64,000 bases of DNA from positions 12,732,184 through 12,796,183 of the forward strand of contig MU058844.1 of NCBI GenBank assembly GCA_013265495.1. Reading direction: 5' to 3'. A model generated the notes under the pieces. That model was not told where the DNA came from. It was given only the letters and a program-made list of their open reading frames with translations, and ran no database searches. This document shows positions 35,686-50,735 of the stretch, piece after piece. Made by a program: the position numbers and the translations under genes. The first letter of the stretch is position 1; each line of letters starts with the position of its first letter. Source of the DNA: Vicugna vicugna. Taxonomy: Eukaryota.

Positions 35686-38459
35686 GGCTATAGTTTTGAG
35701 TAATCATATAGCAGTCTTCACAAATAGGTATAGACTGATAGACAAAAGTTAGATTTGGCTGAGATAATTGCACCACTTACTAAGCCCGCTACTTGCAGTA
35801 TGTTAATCAGTCACATACATTCTCTCATTTGATATTTATGAGATGCTATGAGATATTAATATTTATATGAATGAACAAAATAAGCAAAGTGATTGTGCAA
35901 TTTACCAAACAGCTTGCCACAGTAAGTGGTGGAACTGGAATTCAACTCATGTCTGTCAGAGTCCAGAGCTCAAGCTCTTAACCCTCTGTTTTCAATCATC
36001 AGGGAACTTTCACAATAACTCAAGGCAGGCCACTGGCAAGCACTGCTGAAATACTTGGTTTACAGCCATGCACAGAAGCCCTCTATCCACCTATAAAAAA
36101 ATGTACCCCAAGCTACTTTTCCTCATACTCTCTGTGTCTTAAAATCCTTTCAGAAAATGCTGTTAATATTTACTGAGCACCCTCCATATGCCGGTTAGTG
36201 CAAGGAGAGTTATTTTTAGCAAGAAGAAAACTCTTTCCTAGAGGTCATTTTCATAAATGCAGCAGACTGGCTGAGTCTGGCTGAAGTCACTGGGGGGAGG
36301 ATCTGAATGGGGGCTCTGTCCCGGTGACACCGAAGACACACCCTATAGTACACATCTCCAGGGTCTCCTAAAAGGAGGGAGACCATGAGGCCAAGTAAGC
36401 ACTGGGGGAAGAATCTGGATTCCAATAACCAGATTCAGATTGCTCACTGTTTTTGAAGAGGGTATTCATTCACCGGTGGACAATATTCTCCTTAAGGACT
36501 TTTCTTCTAGAAAAATATTTTTAGTGCTTCCAGCTGTTTCTTGACCTTCTGGTCAGCTCTTCACAATTCAAAAATAACCATTTAGGGGACTGCCAGAAGT
36601 TGCTCAGGTAATTTTTGTTAGTTCAAGTCCCTTTTGCTTAAGCTGCCTGTGGCTGCTTTGCCAAAGGATTGTTTCATTAATAAACACTGGGTTTTACCTA
36701 TTAACCTATTAGCAGTCAGAAGTCCAGAAATTATATAGGGCACTTGGCAGTGATTACTGTAGTAAGAAGCATTTTATGGGAATTTATTCTCTTTTTTAAA
36801 AAAGAAATATAAACACTGAAATCTGCTAAAAGAAAAAGAGGAAATCTTAGATTGGCCGAATTGGAGGATTTTCATGTTTTTATATTTCACGCCATCATTT
36901 TGACTTCAGTTTGCAAATCCTTAGAAGTCTTTAGATAGAAACAATTAAGAAGAAAACCTTTTCAGTGAGCCAGAGAAGCATTTTAGTATTTGTACCAGTT
37001 TATTTTTAATTTCTTACTTATAAAAACTATGAAAGATATTTTTAAAAATAAGACATACTAATGGCTGATAAACACCAAAAAAGTGTTCTATCTAATTTGT
37101 GCAAAATGTGTAAAAGGTAAACTTCAATCTTCTACTGGTAAATTAAAAATAAGAGAATGAGATGAGAGAGAAAGAGAGAGAGAACACCAATGGTTGCAGT
37201 GGAGTGGTTCTTATTCCATGGTGAGTTTAAGTTGAAACAATCTTTCTGACAAATTACTTAGCAAGTTGTATAAAATCCTTAAAAAGGTTATATTCTCAGC
37301 CAATAATATAGCTTCTAAAAGTCCATTCTAAGAAAACAGTTGTGATGGAATCAAAGATCTACATACAAACACATTGATTACCACCAGGTCAGGAGGAGAG
37401 GATTCCTAGCAGCACATGCTCCTGAGGGACCTAAGTGGTCTACCAAGAAATTCAGTGCTGACAGCCATCTTGTGTATTGATCTGAAGAACATTGAGACAT
37501 GGAGCTAAAAAAAATTGGGGGTCAAGGCTTTGCTCTGACCCCCTTATCTACTGGCTGACTCTAGAAAATTATCTTTTTAGCCTGCTATTTAACATTTTCA
37601 TCTGCAGCATTAAAATACTCATTAAGATCACCAGTTTGTGTTGATTCCCATCTCTACTATATACTAGCTAAGTGAACTTGAGTAAACCACTGTGCCTCTA
37701 TTTTTCCATCTGTGAAATGGGGATGGTGATAGTTCCTACCATTTAGAGTTGTCTTGAGGACTAAATGAGTTATTTGTAAAGCTGGCTTGTCAGTGCTTGG
37801 CATTCATCAAGCACTATTTTACACTGTGTTAAATGAATCTGCACAGTGAGGACAATAATCTCTCTTTCACCAAACTGATGGAAGGAGTACATGGGATGAC
37901 ATATGTGGATGTATTCCATAAACTACAACACCCGATCCAAGTATCATGCCATTATTAATGAGACAGTTGGAACTAATGTCAATAATCTTAGAACTGTATG
38001 GAAGAAAGTCTTTCACCTTCTAGAAATCGTATGTAGGAGTGGTAACTGACTTACCAAACTAGAGAACATCAAAATTTAATTCTGCGTAGGTCAGACAAAA
38101 ACTGGTCCAGAATGGAGCTGGGGTTAGGAGCAATGTCGCCGAGGAAAAATGAGTCTGATAGATTGTCAGATGTGTTGACCATGTCAGAGGGGTTTTACAG
38201 ACAAAAGCTGTGGCAGGAAGGAAATGTAATGTAGAATGTATGTAGAACAGATAAGATTTATATTTATGGCCATAATAATCTAAGTATCTAATGTTAATTA
38301 TGTTATGAGTAGTTTAATCTAATACAGGTTATAGAGCTATATTTGAGGCATGAGAATTGGAAAAGCATGTGTGAATGGGGAGGGGAGGGTGATGAGATAG
38401 AATTAAGTCCTTATCTTTCATAATAGGAGGTTGTTCAGAATCTACTGAGACATAAAAGT

Positions 38460-38830
38460 AAGAGTCAGACAGATAAAGATACCAACTTCCCTACTGAGAG
38501 ACAAGATTTGGGTCAGATTTGGGGGAAAGTGTTCCTACGGAGTAGAGTGAGGATGTGGGGAAAAGTGACAGAGAAAGGAAAAGAGCCAGTAAAGAATGTG
38601 TCAATGAGCCCAGTCCCCGTGGGGACCTTCCGAGAAACCATGTGGAACCCACCTTAGAATCATCCCACCAGAGAACAAAGGAGTCTCATCCCACTAGTTG
38701 AAGATGGTGTTGACCCCTCTGCACTTTTGCTAGTAGTACAACTAAAAGCGCCTATGGAGAAGCGAAGAGATGCAGGGGCTGTCAGCAGGATGGGAGCTGT
38801 CACTACAGCCACAGCAGGTGAGCTGAGAGG
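38460..38830. mobile_element. Old ERVL-class LTR (LTR33-like) inside L1ME relics
   Basis: ggggaccttccgagaaaccatgtggaacccaccttagaatcatcccacc resembles LTR33. Confidence 0.45.
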
Positions 38831-39236
38831 TAGCTGGAGGGGGGGAGGTGTGATGGGGGAGTGGGTAACAGATTCTGTCAAATAGAAGCTGGAGTGAAGC
38901 ATGGAGGGTGAGCTTCCTAATATTTCTACTGAGTTGGGCTGACTCAGCTGCTCCATCATCGGCCTCATGCACAGGCAGCCTCTGCCCCAGTACGTTCACA
39001 GAATAGGAGAGCAGAGCAGAAGGCACCTTGCCTGAAGTAGGTGCATCCAAGAGAAAGAGGAGGGGGCTGAGGTGGGCCTGCTCCCTAGCCAGGTAGGTCA
39101 CTCCACCCTGGAGGAGGGAATTAGGGAGGAGAGAGAGCCAAGGAGAGTTAACTAACATCTTCCACACAGAAACCAAAGGCCCGGGAAATGGGAGGCCCCA
39201 CTGAAATCAGCATATAAAAGCTAATACAGCAATTTA

Positions 39237-39296
39237 AAGAAGGAGGGAGGGAGGGAGGAAAGGAGGAAGGAAGGAAGGAAGGAGGAAGGAAGGAAA
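39237..39296 (+). repeat. (GGAA/GGGA)n microsatellite
   Basis: Directly visible. Confidence 0.9.
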
Positions 39297-42267
39297 ACAT
39301 TATTCATGTGTTACTTCAGATTATCAAGGTAGATGCCAGATAAAGGAAGTTATGTATTGAGAAATGGTAATCAGGGCTGGGGGGAATAGAAGAGGGCAGC
39401 TCTCTCTCATATAGGCTTAGTCATACTATTGGACTATTTTAATCTGATATATTATATATTATATTTGATACATATATTATTTTGATTAAAATTTAAACAT
39501 TTAATTTGAAAAAACTATATGACAGTCCCACCACATTAAGAGGTAAAAAAAGTTTTAAAAACTGATATGACAGAATAATCCTAACTTTGAAAAATGTATA
39601 CAAGTAGCTTTTACTATTATAACCAAGAGAATATAAATACATACTAAAAATACTTTAAAAATAAAGAAAAGATGAGATAGAATAACTAGTATGTCGGTTC
39701 TGCATACTTCTACATAAAGTACTTGAAAGTATTTTATAATTAGTTCTAAGGAGTAACAATGAAAATAAATTTAAGAACACGAGTAGTTATGCTACGCTAG
39801 TTCAAACACCCCTGCTTGATCGAAATGTCTGGGGCCCACTGGGATGTAAATAACACAAGTCAGGTACCAATGTGAAATGCAAGAAACTCTGGATTTGGAG
39901 TAAAAAACAAAACAAAACTAGATTGGAGTTTGGGCTCAGCTAACCACTAACTCTAATGTTGGTTAAGTTCCTCAACAGCACTGAGCCTTGGTTTTCCTCT
40001 GTGAAAAAGGGGAAATAATTGACCTCACAGAATTATTGTTGAAATGAAGTGAAATAATGTATGAAAGCACTGTAAACAGCTCTGTGCATATATAGGCATG
40101 AACAGGTATATATTTTACATTCTTCTTTAAATATTAGATTTTAAAACAAAAAAGCTAACTACAGGTAACTTATTAAAAGAAAAATTATGAAGGAACATTT
40201 TAAATGTTTTTTAGAAAGTATATTTTAACTTAAGGTTTATTTGTAGATAAATATTACCATCCCTAAGTGCTGGCTAGTACCATCGCATACTTGTAACAAT
40301 CCTGTGTTTTTTAGCTTACTTTTTTTTTTTATCAGATTATGAAAGTAACACAGGCCTACTAATATATCCTCAAGTGTATCTTCCAAAAAATAACTTTTAA
40401 TGAGCACCAATAAGCAGGTGCACAGTAATTTAACATCTTATCGTTAATAGGTTGCTCTCAACTCTTCAGTATTATAATTAACCTGGATTCAATATGCTCC
40501 TATATAAATTGTTACACCCTGAGTCCTAATTGCATATTTACTCATCTGTTCCCCCCACTGGACAATAAACTTTGTGAGAGACTATTCCTTCTTTGCCACT
40601 GTTACTTAGCACCTAGTATTTTGCCTGGCTCACAGTATCTACATACATAAATATGTGTTGTGGGAATGCACAAAGGAATGAATGAATGGATACTGGTATT
40701 TCCCCACAGAAGTCAAGGGGTATTGCAGAGGAGCCTAAGAAAATGAGATAACCTTTATTAAAGTCCTTTGCGTGTTTTAAACTTTATCATCTTTTAGTCT
40801 GCATTACTTTTACTATTTTTATTGTTACCATAAACCAGAGCAATAAGAAAGAGACGTTTGAGAAGCATTCGGTAGGGCATGGTGTGGGAGAGAGGGTTAC
40901 AAGACACTTCTTCCTCTCCTAGACACTGGCAAGCAAGCTCTATTTATGTCTGCCTTGGCAAGGACAAAGCTTTCCCCTCAATGCACTCTTCTGCAGTGGA
41001 TTTACGTAGCTGTTTCAAAGCAGGAAGGAAAAAGAGTAAAAAGAATGGCTGTGGGGGAGGGGAAATTATGGGAGGAAAACATTTTTCTCATTCTCGGCTT
41101 AAAGTGTAAGTTAGAAATACACAAAGGGGAGTTTATGGAAAGAAATGCAGAACGCAGCATTGACTACCTCTGTATACTTAAGTTTTATGCTTGACGCCAA
41201 CAAAAATGTCTATTTGCTAAAATCAGGATATAGTGTGCTGTTCCAGAGTAGCACATTGAAACCACTCTAGAGGTTAGACAGTCTTGGAGGCATGTATATT
41301 ACAGGAAGAGTACAATATTAGGGTAATTTCTGGCTTAAAAGGGCACAGAGAAACATTTTGGGTGATGGAAATAGTTCCTATCTATCTTGTTTGGAGTGGT
41401 GGTTACCTGGTGTATACAATTAAACTGAACACTTCAAACCGAACACTTAAGATCTCTATGCATTTTACTGAATGTAAATTATACCTCAGTTAAAAAATTA
41501 AGTAACAAGAGTTTTTCTGGTTGCAAAAATAACACACATTTCATTCCAGAGAGTTTAGAAAATACAGACAAGCACAAAGAAGGAAATAAAAATTACCTGG
41601 ATTTTTACTGCCCGGTCATAATCACCCTTAACATTTGGGTCACTGTTATCTGATTTTCCATTATTGCACCATTCCAGGGATGAGGTTACCTGAGAAAGCA
41701 ATAGTTATCATGATATGGACATAAGCAACTAATGACTGCTTATAAAGTTCGTCCCCACCCAAACATCCTCCAGCTTTACACCAGCTTCCATTCCCACCCA
41801 TCCTGTCAAAGGGCTTGTCGGGCAGCTGTTCCCTGAACGTTGGATATAAACATCCACCAAATGGAATGGAAATCTAATCGAATGTGGATTGTGAATTTTT
41901 TAAAACAAAATATGTTTCATAAAGTCAGTAAACATAATGTTAGAAAACTGCTGGGTCACGTCAAAGCCATGGGAAAGGGAGGAGTGAGAAATGATGTGCA
42001 TGTACTGAGAGAAAATAAGCCGGGATGATGATAAGCACTTCTAAAGGGAGCGATTTGATCATCAAAGACTAAAAGAAGCCTTTGGAAAACAATGAAGCCC
42101 TCAAATTATTTTTGTTACAGAAGTTGTGATAGTACCACAAAAATCAAACATACAGTAGGGAAGAAGGTTGTAGCATATTGTCATACAATTTTATCCAAAA
42201 GAAAAGCCAAAATATCAACATTTTAAAAGTTAATTCCCAAACATTTAAAAAACGATTTTCTGTAACA

Positions 42268-42738
42268 CAGCTTCTTGAATAGTAATGTGCATAGGAATCA
42301 CTTGAAAATCTTGCTAAAATGCAGGTTATGATTCAATTAGATTGGAGGAGGGGCCCTAGATTCTGCATTTCTAACAAGCTCTGCTTGCTGATATGATTGG
42401 TCTTTGGACTTTACTTTGAACACTTAAGACTGTAAAATCTTGATTTCAGTAGATTCACTTTAAATGGCCTTTCTCCAATACTCATTATCTTTGAGTATTG
42501 AGATGCTCCATCCTTCCAGCTATTTCTGACTTAACTCTTCTAGCTATATGCAATACATGGTTCTCACATTACAAACAAAATCCCCTGGAGGGCTTGTTTA
42601 ACTGTAGATTGTTGGGCCCCATACCCAGAGTTTCTCTCTTGGTAAACCTGAGGTGGGGTCTGAAAATCTGCCAGTCTAACTAGTTCCCATGTGATGCTAA
42701 TGCTGCTGGTCCTGGGGCCATACTCTGTGGACCCCTGG
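42268..42738. mobile_element. Two MER5-type hAT MITEs (~42268-42425 and ~42557-42738)
   Basis: gaatcacttg...aaaatgcag...ttctgcatttctaacaagctc; gggccccatacccagagtttct...tgatgctaatgctgctggtcc. Confidence 0.75.
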
Positions 42739-43559
42739 CCTGGAGTCATTGCAAATAGCTCCAGGGAGTTGCTTGCAATACCTGAATTATACATTCTGCA
42801 ACATTTGCGCATCAAAGAGGAAAATAGACATTGTATGGCTCAAATGAATAAGCCGCAAACATGAAACTGTCTGAATGTTCCTGGTAGTCACTGAATTCCG
42901 TGATCCAGCTCATTGCCCAAGGGTTCAGCTTGACTTTGCGTGTGTATATCAGTGGTCACCAACTCTTTTGACTTCAAAATCATTTTTATTAATGGTTTTT
43001 AAAATCATTTTGTATCATATTAATTGTATTTCTAGAGAGAGCAATGAGATTACATATGTTAAATCTGCTTAGATTATCAATTGCTTTATCTCACTTTGGC
43101 TCACAAAGGATTCTCTCTCACTTCACAGGTAGTGGCTCAGCCATCATCAAATTAATTGATTGTGCTTGCGTTATTGGACTATGCTATGTATCTGTACACA
43201 CATATATTAGTATAAATGGCTCACCACACACAGTTTCTTTATGTGGATCCTTTCAGGCAATCCTCTCATTTTGAGAGGATTATTTAGTTAAAATTAGATA
43301 ATACAACCTGTAAATCCACTTCCAGCATTTGTAACCTGCAATACAACGCAACAGGCAAAAAACAAACAGTTTAAGTCTTCACTATAAATCCCTCCCTTTT
43401 GAGGAGCTCCCACTCAGGATATCGCAAACCTTTAATCACTACTCTTAGTATTGTTATTCTGTAGACAGTGTGTCACCTAACTGCATTTTCCTCCAGCACA
43501 CAGGTTTGCTGTTGGTCCAGAGTGGTATCATGGGACACTGTGTCAGATGCTGCAGGAGG

Positions 43560-44460
43560 AAGTAGAGTAGTGATTAAGCCCTCCAAAGCTCTAAAGCCAG
43601 TCTAGCTTAGATCCTGGATCCACCACCTGCCATAGTCTGTGGTCTTGAGCATAGTCTGTAACTGGATCATTCCGTGCCTCAGTTTCCTTATCAGTAAAAC
43701 AGGAGTAACAATGTTAGAACATAATTCACAGTGTTGTCATCGTGAAACGCAAGTAAGTTAACATGAGTAAAGCATTTAGAACAGACCCTGGCAACAATTA
43801 AGAACTCAATAAACATTAGCTATTTTATTAAGCCTGGAACAATGAGTGGGAAGTCAGAAGACCTGGGTTCAAGCCTTGGCTCTGTCACTAATTAGATGTA
43901 TGACTTTAAACAAGCCATTTAACTTTTCTGAGCTTCATCTGCAAAACAGGGCTCACAATCCCTGCTTTGCCAACCAGACAGAGTTGTGGTCTCAAATAAA
44001 ATAGTACATGTAAATGTGCTTTGAAACTGTAAAGCACTATGTACAAGTAAGAGCCCTTTATAATTGTATTTCTCTTTTATTTTAATACGTATATGTGATC
44101 TGAAATGTTTTATAGTACAGAAGCATGATCAAAGCAGAAAAGTGTTCTTAGTGAATACGTTTCTTACATTCCATAGTCACTCATTTAGCAGTTCATTAAA
44201 ACATTTTTTTTCCTGAAATTTAAAATTTAACTTACCAGAACACAATTTCTAGAGTAACTTTTCCTCCGCTAAAAAAAAAAGTGAAACTTCTGGCCATCCT
44301 CCTAGTCTTAATTTTCTAGCTCTATGGTGTGGCATAAGAATGTTGGCTTTGTGAACAGAAGACTAACGTAAGCCTCTTGGGAGCTGTGTAACCTTGCACA
44401 AGTTACTTTAAAATGCTCTAGGCTTCCATTTTATCATGGAGATAATGGTGATTACCCAGG
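43560..44460 (+). mobile_element. Cluster of MIR SINEs
   Basis: tgcctcagtttccttatcagtaaaacagg; gacctgggttcaagccttggctctgtcact. Confidence 0.75.
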
Positions 44461-44564
44461 AGACCTCCCCGGGCAGGGCCTGGAGAGTAATGAAATACAA
44501 AGTTCACAGTTACCATGGATGAGAGACAACATCAGATAACATCAGCCCAGGAATGCATCGAGCC

Positions 44565-44875
44565 CACGAATTGGTGATTTTTTTTTTCTGTAAAAGACTA
44601 GACAGTGACTATCTTAATGTTTTGTAGGCCATAAGCCTCTGTCACAAATACCCAACTCTGCCATTGTTGCACAAAAGCAACCATAGACAATACATAAACA
44701 AATGGTGTGGCTGTGTTCTAATAAAACTTTCTGGATACTGAAGTTTGATTTTCCTATAGATTTTACATGAAATCTTCTTTTGATTTTTTCCAAATCATTT
44801 AATTTGCTATTCTTAGCACAAAAAGAAGCAGTGAGCTGAAACTGGCCTGTGGGCCATAGTTTGCCAACCCTTGTC
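44565..44875 (+). mobile_element. MER58-type hAT MITE
   Basis: caactctgccattgttgcacaaaagcaaccatagacaatac...tgggccatagtttgccaaccc. Confidence 0.8.
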
Positions 44876-45310
44876 TAGCACTATGCCTGGCCCGTAGCAG
44901 GCAACAGCAGCCAGTATGAGGCACAGAGTTGCCTTATAAACTGATAATCTATTGGCAACTTTGTTTATTCTCTATCATGCCTTAAAGACTATCAGCTCTT
45001 GTCCTATCATCACATTTGTGCTCTCTCAGTACCTCAGGAGATAATTGATCTAGAATTGTGGACCTGGCATTATCAAAATCATTGATTTGAGCTCTTACTA
45101 AGTCTTTATGTATGTCTAATTTTAATTCCCTGTTTTTTAATAAAATATTAAGAACCTTTTTCTAAGTAAAAAAAAAGTAATGCTCATTCTAAAATTCTCA
45201 GAAAATAGAGAAGAGTAGAAATAATAAAGATCTCTCATAGTCATACCATCCAAATCAGTTCCTACTTAGTTATGTTTTATGTCTTCCCCTCTGAAGGACA
45301 TTTTTCATTA

Positions 45311-45311
45311 C

Positions 45312-45343
<32 letters not shown>
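45311..45343 (+). repeat. (TTA)n microsatellite
   Basis: Directly visible. Confidence 0.9.
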
Positions 45344-45345
<2 letters not shown>

Positions 45346-46719
45346 GCAACAGTTAAGTAGTTATACTTTCTCTGCCATCTGTCAGCATTACATCATTTTC
45401 TGGCTCCATATACAGTGTTTTTTTTTTTTTAAACTGAATTGTTTTTGTTATCCTCAACTTCAGCTGGTTCTACGCTTCTCCCTCACGTGTATGGTAGTTA
45501 TGCACACCTCTGTCTGTCATCAGCATATATCTCAGAGCTCAGTCTCTTCAGCCACACATGTTTCTTTAGTATTTTCTTCTTCATCAGCATTATATGTGAT
45601 TATAATTTCTTATAGCCTGTTTCCCTAGCCACACCCACCTAAGGATAAAATGAAGCCATATTAACTATAATAAACACTATTTTTTTCTGATTTTCACCCC
45701 AACCTTCTGTTGTGGAACTTCTAGCTACTCTCTCTCAAAGTCTCATCCAGTTGTCTCTAGGAAGCTCACGGGTGGCATGACACATGTGCTCGTAAACAAG
45801 TAGTGTCAATTATCACGTGCGTCTGCCATGATTCTCTCCTACCCTGGCCCCTCTCCGTGATCTCTGCTGCCAAAGCCTCTGCTGCCCATGAAATTATCTG
45901 ATAGTGCCCAACCACTGCCACTACTGCAGGTGATACCCATGCTAAGCATATTGTTTTCTAACACTACAAACTACAGAAATCCCTCCCACTCTTGAAACTG
46001 GTTCCCACTGCTGCAGAGTGAGGAGGCTTCAGTTGTTGCCACAACCATCAGGGCTGGCCTCCACTGGAGACTCACTGAATGTTAAACTTGCGGATGGAGC
46101 AGCTTCTAGAGTCCTTAATGCACTGAGGCCATGCTGCACCAAAGTGGGATCAAGGCTTTTCTCCTCTGTATGTTAGCATCGACAGATGAGCAGCAAAACA
46201 GGATTGTCTTGTGATCCTAGCATCTTACAGAATTATTGAAACAGAACTTTCATTTCTTGTAATCCCCTCTCCCTAGAACTCCGACATGGGTTTATAGAGG
46301 GTGGGCCAGAGGCTAAATCTGAGAGACAGACACCATGCAGTACTAATTTCCCCTCCCATCTGGCCAGTTACTGGTCCAAACTTAAAAGCCCTACTTTCTC
46401 TTCCTTTATAACGAATTCTTTCCCAGGAGACTCCTCTCCCCTTCATGAACAATAATGGATGACTCATGCCATGACACTACACATGCAGGCATGTCTGAAT
46501 CATGCCAATGGTGATCAAAATTCAGGTTCAAGCCAGAATCGTCCACTCCATCAGAATTCTACCCCTCGTGCTCTCTCATTCTTCTTAATCTCTTGCCTAT
46601 TTTAAATGATGTTGGTCACAAAACCATAGTTGTGTTTACTCTGGGCTTCTAGAAATCTGTTTTTCTAAAATCTCCCATATGTTTTTGTAGTGGACATCTG
46701 TTGTTTTTGCAAGTCTCCT

Positions 46720-48268
46720 CAAGAACATTGCTCCATCAATTCTGTCTTCACTCTCCTACATCAGCAGTTTCCTTTCTCCACTCCATCATTCTATCAACAT
46801 ACAAATTTCTCCCACTTAGAAAAAACAAAACAAAACAAAACAAACAAACAAAACTTCTCTTGATAGCCCTCTTTTACCAACTGCCCCATTTCTCTACTCC
46901 TTCTTATCACAAAACACATAGAAATAAACTGGGTTGTTTCTGTTTTTAATACTTGCAGTCTCCAAATTCCTTTCTTCTCGTTCTCCCTTGAACAGATTCC
47001 AATAGGGCTTTTTCACCTTTATGCTATTGAAACTGCTCCTGTCAAGCCCTCTGTGTAGTCAAACCCAAAGGTCAGTTCTTATTTTCACTTGACCTCCCCT
47101 CATTTGACAGAGTGATTTCCTTCTTCTTGAAGTATTTTATTCCCTTTGCTTCCAGGATATCTCATTCTCTTAGATTGCCTCATATCTGGATTGATTTCTT
47201 CTTCTCAGCCTCCAGTCTCCTTTGCTGATTCCTTATCATTACCCTGACATCTAAACACTGAAGTATCTATTCTTGGAACCCTTATCTTCTGTGCTCTCTC
47301 TCCTTCAATGGTCTCATCCAGTCTCATGGTGTTAAATACCATCTATATACTAATAACTCTGCAGCCAGGAACTTTCACTTGAATTCCACACTAATACATC
47401 CAACTGTCCATCAACATCTCCAATCTGAATCATAATAAATGACTCAGATTTAGTACAGTGGAACTCCTGTCCTCCTACAAACCTACTGCTCCCACAGTTT
47501 TCTCCATATTAGTTAATGGCATCTCCAGGCTTCTAATCACTCTTATGAAAAATCTCAGACTTAGTCCTTGACTTCTCTCACTTTTCCTTTCCCTCAATTC
47601 ACTGCCTTTAAAATAGTTCCAGAATCTGACCTCTTTTAACCAGGTCCACTGTTATCACTTTGGTTTAAACCATTAATATCTCTAATCTGGATTATTACAC
47701 TAATCTCTTACATAATCTCCCGCTTTCTCCCTTTGATCTACATTTTTAAATGTCAGCTAGATCATGTTGCTACCCTGCTCAAGCTTTCCAGTGGCTTCTC
47801 AACTCACAGTAAAATCAGGGTCAATAGCCTACGAGACATTTTACAATCTTTGACCTCATCTGCTCTCCTCTGGCTCCCTGTGCAAGGTACAAACCCACAC
47901 ATGCACTTCTCTTCCCTCTCCCTCTCTACCCGGATATCCACAGAGCTCATTCTCTCATCTGCTTTGGTGCATACGTTGCCTTCTCAATAAAGCTTTGTCT
48001 GATAACCCTACATAAAATTGCAGCACCCCTCCTTCTCAGCAATCTCTATTCCCCTCCCCTGGGGAATATTTTCCTTCACAGCACATATAACTACCTGAAA
48101 TATCACATGTTATTAATGTAGCTGTTTATTGTTTCTCTCTCTCACCCAGCTGGTCCAATAGAGCAAGAATTTTTGTCTGTATTATTCACTGGAATATATA
48201 CTTGGAATCTAAAATAGGCACGCATATACTAGGCACTAAGTAAACATTTGTTGAATGAATGAATGAAT
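46720..48268 (+). mobile_element. L2 LINE 3' part
   Basis: ttgaaactgctcctgtcaag, tctcatccagtctcatgg, ending tttgttgaatgaatgaatgaat. Confidence 0.85.
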
Positions 48269-50044
48269 CCCCAGCACCTTCAATTCTTACAGTGGAACCT
48301 TAATTTTTCTTCATGGAACTGTTCCTTTTCAGTTCATTCGTGCTGACTTTACCTCCTGAGTTTCAGAGCTAGTATGTTCCTGGTATATACCTAGGTATAT
48401 ACCTACTCCTATGCCCCACACAGGTCACATAATTGGTTTAGGGACGGGCCCATAATGCAGGCCTATCTAATGATGCTCAAATCCAAGACTTTTTGGAAAC
48501 TATTGAGAAAGAGATGCTCTATTTCTAAAGAAGTTGCTGGCCTCATGGGACATAAGCTCAGAGCTATTGGAGGTCATCTTGCCACTATGAGAGGTGACCC
48601 TGTCTTGAGAATAAGCCAGCACACAGGAAAGAAAATAATACCAATAGAGAAATACTGATTTCTGATGACTTCATTTGAAAACCTGGATCCAACTGTGCCA
48701 GAGTCAATTTGAATTGGATTCCTGCCAATTATAACTAAAAGAATACTAACAAATTCAGGCTCTGCTCCCAGTGTCCAACTCTAATATGACACTAACTCTT
48801 TCTCTTGATTTCTTGTAGCTTTTACATACTTCACTGACCAGTTTTTCCTTATTGGTAAAAGTCAAGTTTAGAGTATATGTTTGCCTAATTGTTCCCTCAG
48901 ACTTCTGAGGAATAAAATTATCAGGGAGGCAAGTAAAGAATTTTTCAAATTCCCTGTTTTTGGTAGAATGGAAACATCAATAGACATTAGAATAGTTTCA
49001 GTTCCTCCTCTGTATCTAGGCTCTGTGCCAGTTGTATAACTAGAATTTAAAAAGTGGCATCTAGAACATCTGTCTGGTTAGGTGGCATGCAGCATGCTCC
49101 TGTAAGAATATCACTTGTGCTTTCCGCATTTTACACTGAAGAAAATTATTTTCATTATGTCTATACTTGGGTTTCTAGATCTCCTTATAGGTGAACTTTA
49201 TTTGTGAAGTCAGGAAACATTTATTAAATCCAAACTCCATGCCAGGTGCTTTTCCAGATGCTAGAATATAAAGGTAAAATTTTATTTTGATATGTAGTAT
49301 TATCTTGTCACATAGTAGGTGTTAAGTAAATATTTGTTGAGTTAGTAAATAAGTGAATGCACTGCTATGCAGAACTACTTGAATATTCATTGGATCTATT
49401 TCTTTTGAACAAGATTTACCTTTCTGTTGCTATATGTTAGTCCACTCTAATAAGTCTTGGCAGTGATGATAATAATGAGTTTGATTCACAATATATGTAA
49501 TATTTTATTCATATTATCACTATTCCAGTCAGTAAAATTTAGGTGGATAGGAACAAAGACTGATTCCAGTTAAATACAAGGGGCTTATTATATGTAGCAA
49601 TAAAAAATGTTGTCCTACCAATCCAAGAATAGGAAATGCCAGAGAAGAGTTGTGGATTCAAGGCATTTTGGGGGAACTCAACAGGAGGAGTTCATGAGTG
49701 TGATCCTTTTGCGTTATTGTTGATTTTCATGAGTCAGTTGTATTTTACATGCTTGCCTTTTTCCTTTCTACTCTGGCCAATTGGCCACTACTCTTGTTTT
49801 ACGTAGCCCATAACCAGAGTCACAAAAACAATGACATTAAATGAAAATTGGCACTCAGTTGTGGGAAAGACTATTGACAGTGGTGAAGACTGGGGTGACT
49901 TTAAGGGAATTTAAGCCTTACTTAAAGGGGAGTACCAATCATTAATATGTAGGCATATGGATCTATTATTGTGACAAGTCTGATTTTTCTCAAGAAGCTG
50001 GAAATCCTGAGTAAAATTTCTTAATTTTTGAAGGATGGCAACTA

Positions 50045-50207
50045 AGGAAAGAAATAAAAGAAGGAAGGAAGGAAGAGAGAAAGAAAGAAAGGAAGGAATG
50101 AAGGAAGGAGGGAAGAAAAGAAAGTAAGAAAGAAAGAAAGAGAGGGAGGGAGGAAGGGAGGGAGGAAGGAAAGAAAGGAAAGAAAGAAAGAAAAGGAAAG
50201 AAAGAAA
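50045..50207 (+). repeat. (GAAG/GAAA)n purine repeat
   Basis: Directly visible. Confidence 0.9.
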
Positions 50208-50233
50208 ACACATGGGCAAACCCTGTGCAGGCC

Positions 50234-50735
50234 TGTGTAGAAAAGAGTTAACATAGACGGCCTAACTGTGTGTTCTTAGAAAGGCTTCCTACTTACAAGG
50301 CTGACCCTTGGCTGGCATCTGATAACTTGAATTTGGTTCCCAGAATTCCCAGAACTGATAAGAATGATTCACTGGGATAAACTGTTTGTACAAAAAATGT
50401 GGCTTTTGCAGAGCACCTACTTTCCTTCTGAGAGTCTGGAATTTTGGTATATGCCTGGCAGAGGCTTCCTACATGACCAGTTCCCAATAAAAACCTGGGC
50501 ACTGAGTCTCTAACAGGTTTCTTGACAGCATTTCACTTGTGTTGTCACCACTATTGCTGGCAGCCAGTGCCTTGTTTACGCTGGACTTTGCCCTCTGTGC
50601 TTTCCCCTTTGCTAATTTTGCTTTGTACCCTTTGCTATAATAAGTCGTAGCCATGAATGTGACCATGTGCTTAGTCTTGTAATTCCTCCTACTGAATCGT
50701 TGAACCTGGGGGTGGTCTTGGGGACTCCTGACACA
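50234..50735 (+). mobile_element. Solo ERVL LTR (MER68/MER77-like)
   Basis: TGTGTAGAAAAGAGTTAACATAG...GACACA with 5-bp TSD AGGCC (50229-50233 and 50736-50740). Confidence 0.85.
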
